Shown piece after piece: positions 28,500-39,709 of a DNA stretch of 64,000 nucleotides. Source of the stretch: Deltaproteobacteria bacterium (lineage in GTDB: Bacteria; Myxococcota_A; Polyangia; Polyangiales; Houyiibacteriaceae); contig JAXMNT010000003.1 in the NCBI GenBank assembly GCA_034670305.1, forward strand, positions 128,001 through 192,000, written 5' to 3'. A program made the translations under genes and the position numbers. The notes under the pieces were generated by a model that was given only the letters and a program-made list of their open reading frames with translations, was not told the origin of the DNA and made no database searches. Positions within the stretch are counted from its first letter, which is position 1. Every line of letters starts with the position of its first letter.

Positions 28500-29498
28500 T
28501 CAGGGCATCGTCTTGGCGCGTTCGATGAACGCACCCACAGCGGTGGCGAACGCGTCGGCGGCGCTGGTGCCGGCTTCGTCGTAGAGGCGTGCGTAGTTGC
28601 CTGGCGACGTGTTCTCGTCGACGACAAGCGGCCCTTCCGCGGTTTCGATCATGTCGAAACCCAGGATGGGGCAGTCGAGGGCCGCGGCCGCACTTAGCGC
28701 GATGCGCCGATGTTCGTCCGTCCACACCGCGAGGTCGACGTCGCCGCCGCGCTGCGCCGGGTCGAACACCTTGGTCCGGCCGTTGCCAAGGTCGACGCGT
28801 TTGCCCGCGCGCTTCTTGTACCCGTAGACGACCTGCCCACCGACAACCGTGACGCTCACCCAACGTTCCGGGTCGTTGTCGTGGTAGCGCTCGAGCAAGA
28901 CGCCGCGCAGGTCGTCCGGGGCGCGGCTGCGGACGAACCCGAGCAGGTCGCGCAACTGCGCGGCGTGTTCGACCAGCATCACCCCGTGGCCCCACGCGCC
29001 CCAGCGGGGTTTGAGCATCGCGGCGCCCCAGCCCTCGAGGATCGGTTCGAGCGCGTCGAACGGCGCATGCGGGTCGACCAACACACACGCCGGTACCGGC
29101 ACACCCGCGCCTCGGAGCAGCGCGTGCGCGCGAAACTTGTCGACCGCGTCTCCCCAGCGCGTCGGGTCGGGCGAGACCGGCCTGCGGCGCGCCAGCGTGT
29201 GAAGCACATCGCGGTGGAACGACCCCGGCGCGCGGTCGATCTCGCAGTACCAGAACAGCCCATCGATGGCCTCCGCGACATCGACGCCATCCACCCACAC
29301 CGCGCCGTCTCGAATCACCGCGTCGCGAAAGTCGACGGGCACGACCGAGACGTTCGGCAGGGCTTCGATCGCCGCGGTGATCTGCGCGTGCAGTTCGCCG
29401 CGCAAACAGCCCCACCGCCTTGGGTGTTCGAAGTCGACTTCCCCCCGACCGGGTCGAACAGGCAGACACAAACCGAGTCGAAATGGAGTCGAAGACAC
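28500..29498 (-). CDS. RimK-like ATP-grasp ligase
   Basis: DKF.....L...GVPVP, LKP.WGAWGHGV, LLERY, GFDMI..G..VVDENTSPG; AGGAAGG RBS. Confidence 0.85.
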   Translation of the reverse strand: MSSTPFRLGLCLPVRPGRGEVDFEHPRRWGCLRGELHAQITAAIEALPNVSVVPVDFRDAVIRDGAVWVDGVDVAEAIDGLFWYCEIDRAPGSFHRDVLHTLARRRPVSPDPTRWGDAVDKFRAHALLRGAGVPVPACVLVDPHAPFDALEPILEGWGAAMLKPRWGAWGHGVMLVEHAAQLRDLLGFVRSRAPDDLRGVLLERYHDNDPERWVSVTVVGGQVVYGYKKRAGKRVDLGNGRTKVFDPAQRGGDVDLAVWTDEHRRIALSAAAALDCPILGFDMIETAEGPLVVDENTSPGNYARLYDEAGTSAADAFATAVGAFIERAKTMP

Positions 29499-29583
29499 CC
29501 GCCCTTCCTTTCACGAATCGTTTCGGCTGGCCAGCACGGCTCCCTCCCACCCGTACTGGTGCTCCTGCTGCGCCGGCCTGCGG

Positions 29584-30576
29584 TCAGGCTTTGCGACGTC
29601 GGATCACGACGCCGAACACGACGAGCAGCCACAGCCCCTCGTGTCCGCCGACGCCTGCCGCACAGCCCGAGTCGGTGTCCACCATGCCTGCGTCCGAAGG
29701 CACAGCCGCATCGGAGGCACCCGCATCGGCGGGTCCAGCGTCCGGAACCGGCTCGAGCGCCCACTCGGCCGGTGTGTAGCCACCTTCTTCTGCCGCCATT
29801 CGCCCCACGCTCCTCATCCAATCGCGCCACGCGTACGCGGACGAGACGATGGGCGTGCTGCACGGGTTGATGCCCTTCGACACCACGCCGAGCACGAGCC
29901 CATCCGCGTCGATCGCGGGCGCGCCGGAGTCCGACCGACAGAATGCGTCGTCGCCACTCTGCCACTCCGTCGCTTGGACGAACTCCTCCGCGCAGTCGCG
30001 GCCCACGCACACGACCGGCACTTCGGGTTGGAACCGGCGCGTGCCGATGCCTGTGCTCCCGGTGGTTCCGTAGCCCACCGCCGTGAACGTCTCGCCAGGC
30101 ATCACGTCCCGATCGAGTCGGGGCGGGTACACCCGCGCGCCAGGAACCTCCGCCTGCAGGATGACCGCCGCGATGTCGAACCCGCACTCGTCGTCGCCTT
30201 CGCTCGGCACCTCCACGCGGAGACCGCGCACTGCAACCGAGGTCTCGACGATGGTCACGTCGTTGGTCGAGAGCACCATCGATCCGTCGACCGGCGGCGC
30301 GAGCGGCGCACTGCCACAGACCAGATCCCGCGCGGTCGAAGAGACACAGTGCCGCGCGGTGAGCACCAGGTTCGGCGCAATGAGCACGCCCGTGCAGCTC
30401 GCCACCCCTTCGGGTTTGGTGATCTGCATGCCGAGCACGCCCGCCCACGCTTCGTCGGTGTCGACCGAGCCGTTGACCGCCGCGGTGCGCGCCCCGACGC
30501 CCTCGGTGCGGTCTGTGCTGCAGGACGTGCTGGATGCGAGGAGGCAGACGGCGAGTACCGTAGAAGTGCGTCGCAT
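29584..30576 (-). CDS. Trypsin-like (S1) serine protease with MYXO-CTERM-like tail
   Basis: CTGVLIAPNLVLTARHC, FDIA, CRSDSGAP; SGC + TM + RRRK C-terminus. Confidence 0.88.
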   Translation of the reverse strand: MRRTSTVLAVCLLASSTSCSTDRTEGVGARTAAVNGSVDTDEAWAGVLGMQITKPEGVASCTGVLIAPNLVLTARHCVSSTARDLVCGSAPLAPPVDGSMVLSTNDVTIVETSVAVRGLRVEVPSEGDDECGFDIAAVILQAEVPGARVYPPRLDRDVMPGETFTAVGYGTTGSTGIGTRRFQPEVPVVCVGRDCAEEFVQATEWQSGDDAFCRSDSGAPAIDADGLVLGVVSKGINPCSTPIVSSAYAWRDWMRSVGRMAAEEGGYTPAEWALEPVPDAGPADAGASDAAVPSDAGMVDTDSGCAAGVGGHEGLWLLVVFGVVIRRRKA

Positions 30577-30687
30577 GGGCGCAACCGTGACACGGCCGGC
30601 GACGCGGACGCCAGGGCGCCCCGTGTGCAGTCTAATCCGCGTTCGGCTGGTGCCCGTGCGTGCCCGACCGACCCGACGCAGATCCCG

Positions 30688-31857
30688 TCAGGCGCGGGCG
30701 GCGGCGCGTTCTGCGTTCTTCCGAAGCCCGCGCTTCCGCACCAGGTGGCCGACACCGAACGCAAAGCCGAGACCTATCGCAAGCAAGAGCAACCCTATCA
30801 GTGGCCGATACACCACCCATCCCACCGCGATGCATAGGAACGCAGTGGGCACGCTGATGACGAGTGCGGCGAGGAAGAAGCCACCGCCGATGATCGATCC
30901 CAGGAAGGGCACGACGTCGGCCACGACCACGAGCGGGCGGAAGACCATGTTCAATCCGATGAACAGGAGCAGCCATCCGACGAACCGGAGGATCCACGTC
31001 AGCGTTTCGTTGGCCGACTCCAGGTGTCCGAACATGCTGGCCGCTGTCACGACGCCGACCTCGAGGTTCTGCTCGAGCGTGCGTCCGGTGGGTGCGTTCC
31101 ACGCGGAGAAGGTGGGGCCCTGTTGCGCGGCGAGCACGCTCACCACCGTGGGCGGCGCGATCTCCCACGACACGCGCAAGTCGCCGATCTGCGGGGTCGC
31201 CGGGTTCATGCCGACGTACAGGCCCGCGCCGTTGGGCAGCACCGGACGACCGAGGGTGTTGAGCGCAGGCACCTGCGCGGGCGCCACCGGCAACGGTTGG
31301 AACACGTCGATCTGCTCGGTCAGCGCTGGCGTGAGCATCCTCGACCCCAGCATCACCACGTTCGCGTTCACGGAACGGCCTTCGTACGGCATCGGCGGGT
31401 TCTGACGGTTGGGTTCGTTGAACCGGCTCGAGTCCTGGCGGGTCGCGCCCCACTCCATCGCGTACGTGAACTCCGTCACCTCTCGCTCTCCGCCGCCGAG
31501 GCGCTTCTGGCGGCGGGTCCGGCGCGACTCATGCCACTGGTACATCTCGACGGTGCGTCGCAAACGGATCGCCTGTGCCTGCACGCCGAGCTCCGGATCG
31601 GTGAGCGTCTCAGCCGTGGTCGCGGGTCCCATCAGATGCACCAGCGATCCATTGTGGGCGGGATCGATGTTCGCGATGTCGACGTCGACCACCGCGTCGC
31701 GTCCCTGTTCGAGATCCTTGGCGCGTTTGACCGCCCGGCCCTCGTTCCAGAACAGCAGCGGACAACCGCCGATGAAGAGCAAGAGGCCGATGCCCACACC
31801 CTTGATCGACCCGAGCAGTCGACTGCCCCAACCCACGTTCGTCACCTGAATCGCCAT
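30688..31857 (-). CDS. TMEM43 (DUF1625) family membrane protein
   Basis: LLFWNEGRAV, G.LVH..G, LRRTVEMYQW.E, P.IGDLRVS, N..LTW.LR..G; GGGGAG RBS. Confidence 0.88.
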   Translation of the reverse strand: MAIQVTNVGWGSRLLGSIKGVGIGLLLFIGGCPLLFWNEGRAVKRAKDLEQGRDAVVDVDIANIDPAHNGSLVHLMGPATTAETLTDPELGVQAQAIRLRRTVEMYQWHESRRTRRQKRLGGGEREVTEFTYAMEWGATRQDSSRFNEPNRQNPPMPYEGRSVNANVVMLGSRMLTPALTEQIDVFQPLPVAPAQVPALNTLGRPVLPNGAGLYVGMNPATPQIGDLRVSWEIAPPTVVSVLAAQQGPTFSAWNAPTGRTLEQNLEVGVVTAASMFGHLESANETLTWILRFVGWLLLFIGLNMVFRPLVVVADVVPFLGSIIGGGFFLAALVISVPTAFLCIAVGWVVYRPLIGLLLLAIGLGFAFGVGHLVRKRGLRKNAERAAARA

Positions 31858-31949
31858 CTGTGCTCCCCAATCTCGAAGGGAACACTACACGTCTCGTGCC
31901 AGCTTCGGATTCGAGAACTTCGCCTTTTCTGGGGGGCCCCGCGACGACG

Positions 31950-31979
31950 CTGTCAGACAGACCTGTCAGCCACTGTCAG
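31950..31979. promoter_or_regulatory. Triple CTGTCAG direct repeat, possible regulator site upstream of TMEM43 gene
   Basis: CTGTCAG at 31950, 31963 and 31973. Confidence 0.35.
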
Positions 31980-32038
31980 CCGCACCAGGCCGCCGAAACG
32001 TGACGGCCCTCGCATTCGCGAGACGGGCGGCCCTCGCT

Positions 32039-33459
<1,421 letters not shown>

Positions 33460-33460
<1 letters not shown>

Positions 33461-34119
33461 CAAGGTTCTCTCAGGTCGGTCAGGTTGGTACAGATGGTCA
33501 GGGGCGAGAGCTGGGTCGCGGGGAGCGCCGGGTCGCCGTGGAGCACCCGCTCGATCGCTTCCCGCTTCGACTCCCCCATGGCGAGCAACACGTGCTGCGA
33601 AGCGGTCGCGAGAAACTTCGTGGTCAGGGTGAACCGCTCCGAAGGGGGCTTCGGGCTCTCCGGTTCGAACGCCACCCGATCGCCCTCCCGGTCGTGCCCA
33701 GGGAACAACGAAGCGATGTGTCCGTCCGGCCCCATGCCGAGCAAGGTCACATCCAGCGCGTCGTCGAACTGCGCGGACAACCTGGACCGCACCCGCGAAA
33801 GCGCATCCTCGACCGGCTCGCCATCGACGTAGAGCGGCAGCTCGAACTGGCCACGCGCGGTCGTCTGCCGGTGGGCTTCGCCGAAGTTGCTCTGAGGGTC
33901 TGCGTGCGGCACCCGGCGTTCGTCGGTCCAGGTCAACCACACATGCGGGAGATGTGACTTCAGCGCCGTGCACGCGTAGACCCACGCTCCGAGGGCAGAC
34001 CCGCCGGAGATCGCCACGCGTGCCCGGCCTCGCTCGGCACCCGCCGCCTGAACCGCGGCACAGAGTTGGTCGGCTGCCAGCGCGGTTGCGTCCCCGCTCG
34101 AAAGAACCAGAGGCTTCAT
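33460..34119 (-). CDS. pgl: 6-phosphogluconolactonase
   Basis: ISGGS, DERRVP....SN, LLGMGPDGHIASLFP, SPKPP.ER.TLT; TGATG overlap with gnd. Confidence 0.93.
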
Positions 34120-34163
34120 CGCGGCGATGCTAGCAGCCTCGTCCATGTGAGACCCTCGGCCGC

Positions 34164-35615
34164 ATGAGCGAGCCCAAACTGGAGTCCAGCGTCTTCATCA
34201 TCTTCGGCGGCACCGGCGATCTGGCGCGCCGCAAACTTCTCCCCGCGCTGGCGCGGCTGGCAGCCAAGGGATCCCTCGGAACCTGCCACGTGCTCGGCGT
34301 GGCCCGGGGCACCGACCACGACGACGCGTCGTACCGGGGGTTCGTGCGCGAAGCGTTGACGGCTGCGGGTCTGCCCGAGACCACCCGCGCGAAACTCTGC
34401 GACAGCACCCTTCACTACCACTCGATCGGCAAGGGCACCGAAGACGACTTCAAGGCGCTCGGTGCGCGCCTCGAGGCGATCGAGAAGGAACATGGCCTCG
34501 GCCAGAACCGCACGTTCTACCTCTCCCTTCCGCCGAAAGCCTTCGCCTCCACGATGAAGGGCCTCGCGCTGGTCGGTCTCGACGAGAGCAAGGGCTGGAC
34601 GCGCCTAGTCGTCGAGAAGCCGTTCGGCCGCGACCTGCAGAGCGCGCGGGAACTCAACGCGATCACCCACGAGTACTTCAGCGAGGAGCAGATCTACCGA
34701 ATCGATCACTACCTCGGCAAAGAGACCGTCCAGAACCTGATGGTCTTCCGGTTCGCCAACGCGATCTTCGAGTCGATGTGGAACCGGGAGCGGGTGCAGA
34801 GCGTGACGATCACGGTCGGCGAGAGCCTCGGGCTCGGCAGCCGCGCGGGCTATTACGATGGCATCGGGGCGCTGCGCGACATGCTGCAGAACCACCTGAC
34901 GCAGTTGCTCACACTGGTGGCGATGGAACCTCCGAGCAGCTTCGACGCGGACGCGATCCGCTACGAGAAGATCAAGGTGCTCAAATCGATGGCGCCGATC
35001 GATGCGAGTCGGGTCATCCGGGGTCAGTACGATCACGGTGAAGTGAACGGCGAGAAGGTGCTCGGCTACCTCGAAGAGGAGGGCGTGCCGATGAACTCCG
35101 CCACCGAGACCTTCGTCGCGCTCGAGCTCGAGATCGACAACTGGCGCTGGAAGGGTGTGCCCTTCTACCTGCGGACCGGCAAACGGTTGGCGGCGAAGAG
35201 CTCACGCATCCTCGTGCAGTTCCGAGATGTGCCCGTCAGCCTTTTCCGGTCGATGGGGGCCAAACTCGACACCACCGACGTGCTCGTCATCACGCTGCAA
35301 CCGAACGAAGGCTTCGAGCTGCACTTCGACGTCAAAGCCCCTGGCAACCCCTTCCGCACCAAACGCATCCCGCTCACCTTCGATTACGGCGCCGCGTTCG
35401 ACGAGATCCCGCCCGCGTACCAGACGCTTCTGCTCAACGTACTGCAAGGCGACCAGACCCTCTTCGTGCACGCGGACGAAGTGGAAGAGAGCTGGCGCGT
35501 CTACACGCCGCTGCTCGACAACCCCGGCATCATTCACCGCTACCGCTCCGGCACCTGGGGCCCACGCGAAGCCGACCACTTGGCGCTGCCCGAACCGGAG
35601 CTCTGGCAGATCTAG
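34164..35615 (+). CDS. zwf: Glucose-6-phosphate 1-dehydrogenase
   Basis: FGGTGDLARRKL, EKPFG, RIDHYLGKETVQN, DMLQNHL, RWKGVPFYLRTGK. Confidence 0.98.
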   Translation: MSEPKLESSVFIIFGGTGDLARRKLLPALARLAAKGSLGTCHVLGVARGTDHDDASYRGFVREALTAAGLPETTRAKLCDSTLHYHSIGKGTEDDFKALGARLEAIEKEHGLGQNRTFYLSLPPKAFASTMKGLALVGLDESKGWTRLVVEKPFGRDLQSARELNAITHEYFSEEQIYRIDHYLGKETVQNLMVFRFANAIFESMWNRERVQSVTITVGESLGLGSRAGYYDGIGALRDMLQNHLTQLLTLVAMEPPSSFDADAIRYEKIKVLKSMAPIDASRVIRGQYDHGEVNGEKVLGYLEEEGVPMNSATETFVALELEIDNWRWKGVPFYLRTGKRLAAKSSRILVQFRDVPVSLFRSMGAKLDTTDVLVITLQPNEGFELHFDVKAPGNPFRTKRIPLTFDYGAAFDEIPPAYQTLLLNVLQGDQTLFVHADEVEESWRVYTPLLDNPGIIHRYRSGTWGPREADHLALPEPELWQI

Positions 35616-35692
35616 GTCGCCGATTCCGAGTCCGAAACCGGCGCGCGGGTGCGAGCGACGCATGTTGCCGACTTCCGTGCGACACTGAGGCC

Positions 35693-37429
35693 GTGGCTCG
35701 TGGAAGTTCCATGCGTGCAGTGCTGCCGATCCTCGTCGTGCTCGGCTGTTCTTCCGGTGCGCCCACGCTCTTCGTGGATCTGCGGACCGATCTGGTCCCG
35801 GTGGTCGAGCTCGCCGAAGTCACGGTGTCGCTCGAGGCGGACGGCGCGACCCGGCTCGAAACCCACACGGTGCTCTCGAGCGACGGGTTCATCCGCGGCG
35901 TGCGGGTCGCTCGATTCGACGAGGCACCCGTCGGCGACGTGGTCGTCTCCGTCCAACTCCTCGCGGCCAACGGCGAGCGCCTGGGCATTCGCCGCACCAG
36001 CGTCTCCATCCGCGGAGAGACCGTCGCCACCATCGTCTTCTCCCGAAGCTGCCTCGACGTCGTGTGCCCGAACGGCGACGCCGCGGCCACCGAGTGTCTG
36101 AACGGCCGTTGCGTCGAACCAGACTGTGCGGTCGACGCGCTCGAGAACTGCGGCGACGTGGCGTGCACGTCCGACACCGACTGTCCAGAACCCACCGTCG
36201 CGTGCGGGGAACGCAACTGCACCGACGGCGCCTGTTTCATTCGTCCGGTCGAGGGCGCTTGTGGAGCGGGCGAAGCGTGCTCGCCCGCACTTGGTTGTGT
36301 GCTCGTCCCGGACGGCGCGGACGCCGGTGTGCTGGACGGTGGGGTCCCCGACGCGTCCATGGACGATGCGTCCACCGATGCGTCCATGGGCGATGCCTCT
36401 CTACCGGACGCGGCGGAGCCGGAGTGCACCATGGACGTGCAGTGCGACGACGGCGTGTTCTGCAACGGTGTCGAAGTCTGTGTCGAGCAGACGTGTGTTC
36501 CGGGCGCCCCGGTGGTGTGCGACGACGCGGTCGCGTGCACCGACGACACCTGCAACGAAGACGCGGGCGCGTGCGCGTTCGCGCCCAACGACGGCCGCTG
36601 CACCGCCACCGCCGGTGGCCGCTGCGACGCGGACTCCGACTGCCAGTACCCCACCTGCACCGCGGTGACGTGTGTGGCGGGGCCGTGCGAGACCGCGATG
36701 TGTTCCGGCGACACCTGCGTCCGCACGGGTCTGTGCGGCGGAGGCGAGATGTGCTGTGGCGGCAGCTGCGCACCGGCAGGCTGTGACGATGGCAACCCCT
36801 GCACCGACGACTCGTGCGGCGGCGGTGGGTGCGTGAACGCCCCGAACACGAACGCGTGCAGCGACGGGAACCTCTGCACGATCGGGGACCAATGCAGCCT
36901 TGGCGAATGCGATCCGGGCATGCCGCGCAACTGCAACGACGGGAACCTGTGCACCGACGACACCTGTGCCCCCGCGACGGGCTGTCTCCATGCCAACAAC
37001 ACCGCGGCCTGCGACGACGACAACGCGTGCACCCCCACCGACCGCTGCGCGGCGGGCGCGTGCGTCGGCAGTGGCACGATGGTCTGCGACGATGGCAACG
37101 GCTGCACCACCGACAGTTGCGTTGCCCCGGGAGGGTGTGTGTTTGCGCCCGTGGCGTCGGGCACCATGTGTGCGGCCGACGTGTGCGGCCCGTGGCAGCC
37201 GTGTCGCGGAAGTTGCGCGACCGGCGGGACCCAACGCCGGGTCTGCCGGCCCCAGGAATGCACCGACGTGGGGGCTTGCGAAGACGGAACCTCCTACATG
37301 GAATCGCAGGACTGCACGCTCAACCCGGGAGACAGCTGCACCATGTGCGGCGGAGTCGGCTGCGGCGGCATCGGCTCCCGTTGTGTTGGCACGTGCGACG
37401 GCAGCGGGTGCTGCAACCCCGATTCCTGA
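35693..37429 (+). CDS. Cys-rich lipoprotein with Dictyostelium-type CDDGNxCTxDxC repeats
   Basis: VLGC lipobox; N-domain VDLRTD..SRSC; about six C.D.N.CT.D.C repeats; start 35693 or 35711. Confidence 0.8.
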   Translation: MARGSSMRAVLPILVVLGCSSGAPTLFVDLRTDLVPVVELAEVTVSLEADGATRLETHTVLSSDGFIRGVRVARFDEAPVGDVVVSVQLLAANGERLGIRRTSVSIRGETVATIVFSRSCLDVVCPNGDAAATECLNGRCVEPDCAVDALENCGDVACTSDTDCPEPTVACGERNCTDGACFIRPVEGACGAGEACSPALGCVLVPDGADAGVLDGGVPDASMDDASTDASMGDASLPDAAEPECTMDVQCDDGVFCNGVEVCVEQTCVPGAPVVCDDAVACTDDTCNEDAGACAFAPNDGRCTATAGGRCDADSDCQYPTCTAVTCVAGPCETAMCSGDTCVRTGLCGGGEMCCGGSCAPAGCDDGNPCTDDSCGGGGCVNAPNTNACSDGNLCTIGDQCSLGECDPGMPRNCNDGNLCTDDTCAPATGCLHANNTAACDDDNACTPTDRCAAGACVGSGTMVCDDGNGCTTDSCVAPGGCVFAPVASGTMCAADVCGPWQPCRGSCATGGTQRRVCRPQECTDVGACEDGTSYMESQDCTLNPGDSCTMCGGVGCGGIGSRCVGTCDGSGCCNPDS

Positions 37430-37479
37430 ATGGGTCGCGGTTCGGCGACCGCACACCGCACACCGTGTATGCTCTGGTC

Positions 37480-37560
37480 GTGAGGTTGAAGCCCATGAAC
37501 CACTGGAACGATCACGTCTTTCGACCGGGTTCGCCGCCCGCAGCCCAGGAGTCTCGATGA
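37480..37560 (+). CDS. Putative leaderless 26-aa small ORF (MRLKPMNHWNDHVFRPGSPPAAQESR)
   Basis: TATGCT (37468-37473) 6 nt before GTG; stop overlaps next start (ATGA). Confidence 0.3.
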   Translation: MRLKPMNHWNDHVFRPGSPPAAQESR

Positions 37561-37769
37561 AACTCGAAGGGGACGAAGACGGCATCGCCGCGCTGAAGGC
37601 GATGCACCAAGAGAGCCCGTCGGCGTTGAAGTTCTTGGTCGGCGAAGCGAAGTCGAACACCGACATGCGGACCACGTTCCGCGCGCCGGGCGGCCGCCTC
37701 TTCGAGCTCAAGGTCGACGTGCGCACCGGGAACCTCGTGGTGAGTCCGAAACCCGACGCGCCCGGCTGA
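37557..37769 (+). CDS. Small hypothetical protein (70 aa)
   Basis: AGGAG RBS at 37547; strong GC3 codon bias; MKLEGDEDGIAALKAMH... Confidence 0.7.
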   Translation: MKLEGDEDGIAALKAMHQESPSALKFLVGEAKSNTDMRTTFRAPGGRLFELKVDVRTGNLVVSPKPDAPG

Positions 37770-37779
37770 GCCAGCTCCT

Positions 37780-37801
37780 CGGCTGAGCCCCTCCTCAGCC
37801 G
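37780..37801. terminator. Hairpin between convergent genes
   Basis: CGGCTGAG-CCCCTC-CTCAGCCG. Confidence 0.35.
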
Positions 37802-39705
37802 TCGGTGTCGAACGCGTAGAAGGCGCCGTTCACGTTGCCGCCGGTCACGTCACCAGAACCGACGATCAGTCGATCGCCCGCGCCGGCGAGGACGTCTCCG
37901 AAGCGTTCCCCGTTGACCCGAATGCTCGACGTGAAGCGCAGGGTCTCGACCCAGGTACCGAATGCATCCGGCGCGAAGACGTAGGCAGTCCCGGCGATCG
38001 GTGCCCCGTCGCCGCTCCCCCAGAAGTCCGTCGGGGCCCCAACCGCCAGCCGGCCGTCTTCGAGGATCTCCACGTCCAACGCGAACCGGTTGCCGTCGTC
38101 GATTCGGTGGTCGCGTGGCACCAAGGTCGCCCGCAGGCTCCACGAGGCGGGCGTCGCGCCCATCTCGTAGTAGAACGCGCGACCGTCGGTTCCAGTTGCC
38201 CCGAGAAATCCGAGCGCACCGACCAGCAACTTGGGTGGCGAGCCGTCCTGAAGGTCGACCGAGTATCCGAAGTCGATCCAGCCGGCGTCGAACTCGGTCC
38301 GAAAGTTCCAGGTCCCCGCGCCGGACCGGCTGAAGATCTGGACCGTCTCGCTGAAGCAGGTGACGGCGATGAGATCTCCGCTCACAGCCACGTCCACGGG
38401 GTTGCACGTCTCGCTGGACGGAGTGACCTCCATCCACGTCGTGCCTACCCGCTCGTAGAAGTGTCCCCGGCTGCCGCCCGCCGCGACGACGTAATCTCCG
38501 TCGAGGTCGATCGGACCCTCGAGCGCGTCGGCGCCCGCGGGCAGGTACTGCGCCAATTCCCAGCCGGCCGCCGCGTCTCGTTCGTAGACCGCGAACCCGC
38601 CGCGGAAGTGCGCGACGGCCCGGTCGCCGTCGATCGCGACGCCCATGCCGAAGTCGTCGTTGGCCTCTCGAGCGAGGGGTGGCGCCAGTTCGGTGTGATC
38701 GACGGCGTACACGTCAGGCGCTTCGCGGAAGACCACCACCCGGCCGGTGCGCGTCAGCCCACCAACGGTCGCTCGCGGGGTTCCCGTGATCACCCGCGAA
38801 CCGCTGGCATCAAGCCAGTCGGCGAAGTACTGGTCCACTTCGAACGGGGGGGAGATGCTGGGGCGGCGCGTGTGCGCGACCGGGTCGATCGCGCAGTACC
38901 CATCCATGATGCACATGCCCACACCACACGCGCCCGAAGCGCGGGGCGGTTCCATGCGCATGCACACCGGCGTCGCACCACTGCAGTCCACCGTGCCGCC
39001 ATAACAGGGCTCCGGCGTGCAGCTCATGCCGCAGGGGCCGCCGTCCGGCCCGCCGTCGATTCCAGCGTCGTCGGGTGCATCCGTGCCGGCGTCCATGGGC
39101 GCGTCCATCTCGGGCGCATCCATCTCGGGCGCGTCCATCTCGGGCGCGTCCATCTCGGGCGCGTCCACGGTCGGTGCGTCTGCGGTCGGGGCGTCCATCG
39201 AGGTGGCATCGTGCGCACCGGCGTCGAGGATCCCGTCCACGGGACCGTCGAAGTCCGGCAGCGCGTTGACGTCGATCATCTCCGACGTGCACGCGCCGGC
39301 ACGGCACGTCATGTCCGCGCCACAGGTGCGGTCCACACAATCGGCGGAGAGCAGCACGTCCAGTCGCTTCACCCGTTCGGACGCGAACACGCCGCGCGCG
39401 CTTCTCGAGAGTGCGCCGAGCGAACTTCCTTCCAGGGTGACTTCCACCCGCCAGAACCGCGACGCGTCCTCGTCTCGCGGCGCCACCGCGAGCACGTAGG
39501 GGTACCGCGCGGGGTCGACGACCTCGGTCGCGATGGACTCGAGCGAGGCCACGCTCGGACCCCCGAAGACTTCGATGCGCAACCGGCCACCCGAGGCGGC
39601 CACGAGCGAGTCGGCCTGCACGTTGACCATCAGCTGTGTCGGGTCGGCCGAGCACGCGGCGAGGGAGAAGGACAGTGCGAGGAGAACTGAGGTTCGAAGC
39701 ATCAT
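37795..39705 (-). CDS. Lipoprotein with FG-GAP-like beta-propeller
   Basis: LAAC lipobox; DDFGMGVAIDGD, FGYSVDL, LAVGAP....G.AYVF, ERFGDVLA repeats. Confidence 0.82.
   Translation of the reverse strand: MMLRTSVLLALSFSLAACSADPTQLMVNVQADSLVAASGGRLRIEVFGGPSVASLESIATEVVDPARYPYVLAVAPRDEDASRFWRVEVTLEGSSLGALSRSARGVFASERVKRLDVLLSADCVDRTCGADMTCRAGACTSEMIDVNALPDFDGPVDGILDAGAHDATSMDAPTADAPTVDAPEMDAPEMDAPEMDAPEMDAPMDAGTDAPDDAGIDGGPDGGPCGMSCTPEPCYGGTVDCSGATPVCMRMEPPRASGACGVGMCIMDGYCAIDPVAHTRRPSISPPFEVDQYFADWLDASGSRVITGTPRATVGGLTRTGRVVVFREAPDVYAVDHTELAPPLAREANDDFGMGVAIDGDRAVAHFRGGFAVYERDAAAGWELAQYLPAGADALEGPIDLDGDYVVAAGGSRGHFYERVGTTWMEVTPSSETCNPVDVAVSGDLIAVTCFSETVQIFSRSGAGTWNFRTEFDAGWIDFGYSVDLQDGSPPKLLVGALGFLGATGTDGRAFYYEMGATPASWSLRATLVPRDHRIDDGNRFALDVEILEDGRLAVGAPTDFWGSGDGAPIAGTAYVFAPDAFGTWVETLRFTSSIRVNGERFGDVLAGAGDRLIVGSGDVTGGNVNGAFYAFDTDG
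39101..39160 (-). repeat. In-frame 15-bp tandem repeat x4 (DAPEM linker)
   Basis: GCRTCCATCTCGGGC x4. Confidence 0.9.
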
Positions 39706-39709
39706 GAGA

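Noticed and set aside
28500..29498. Graspetide (ATP-grasp RiPP) cluster
   Set aside because: No precursor peptide, transporter or maturation genes adjacent; looks like a stand-alone RimK-like ligase
29584..30576. Inactive protease because GDSGGP reads SDSGAP
   Set aside because: His, Asp and Ser of the triad are all present; the change alone does not show inactivity
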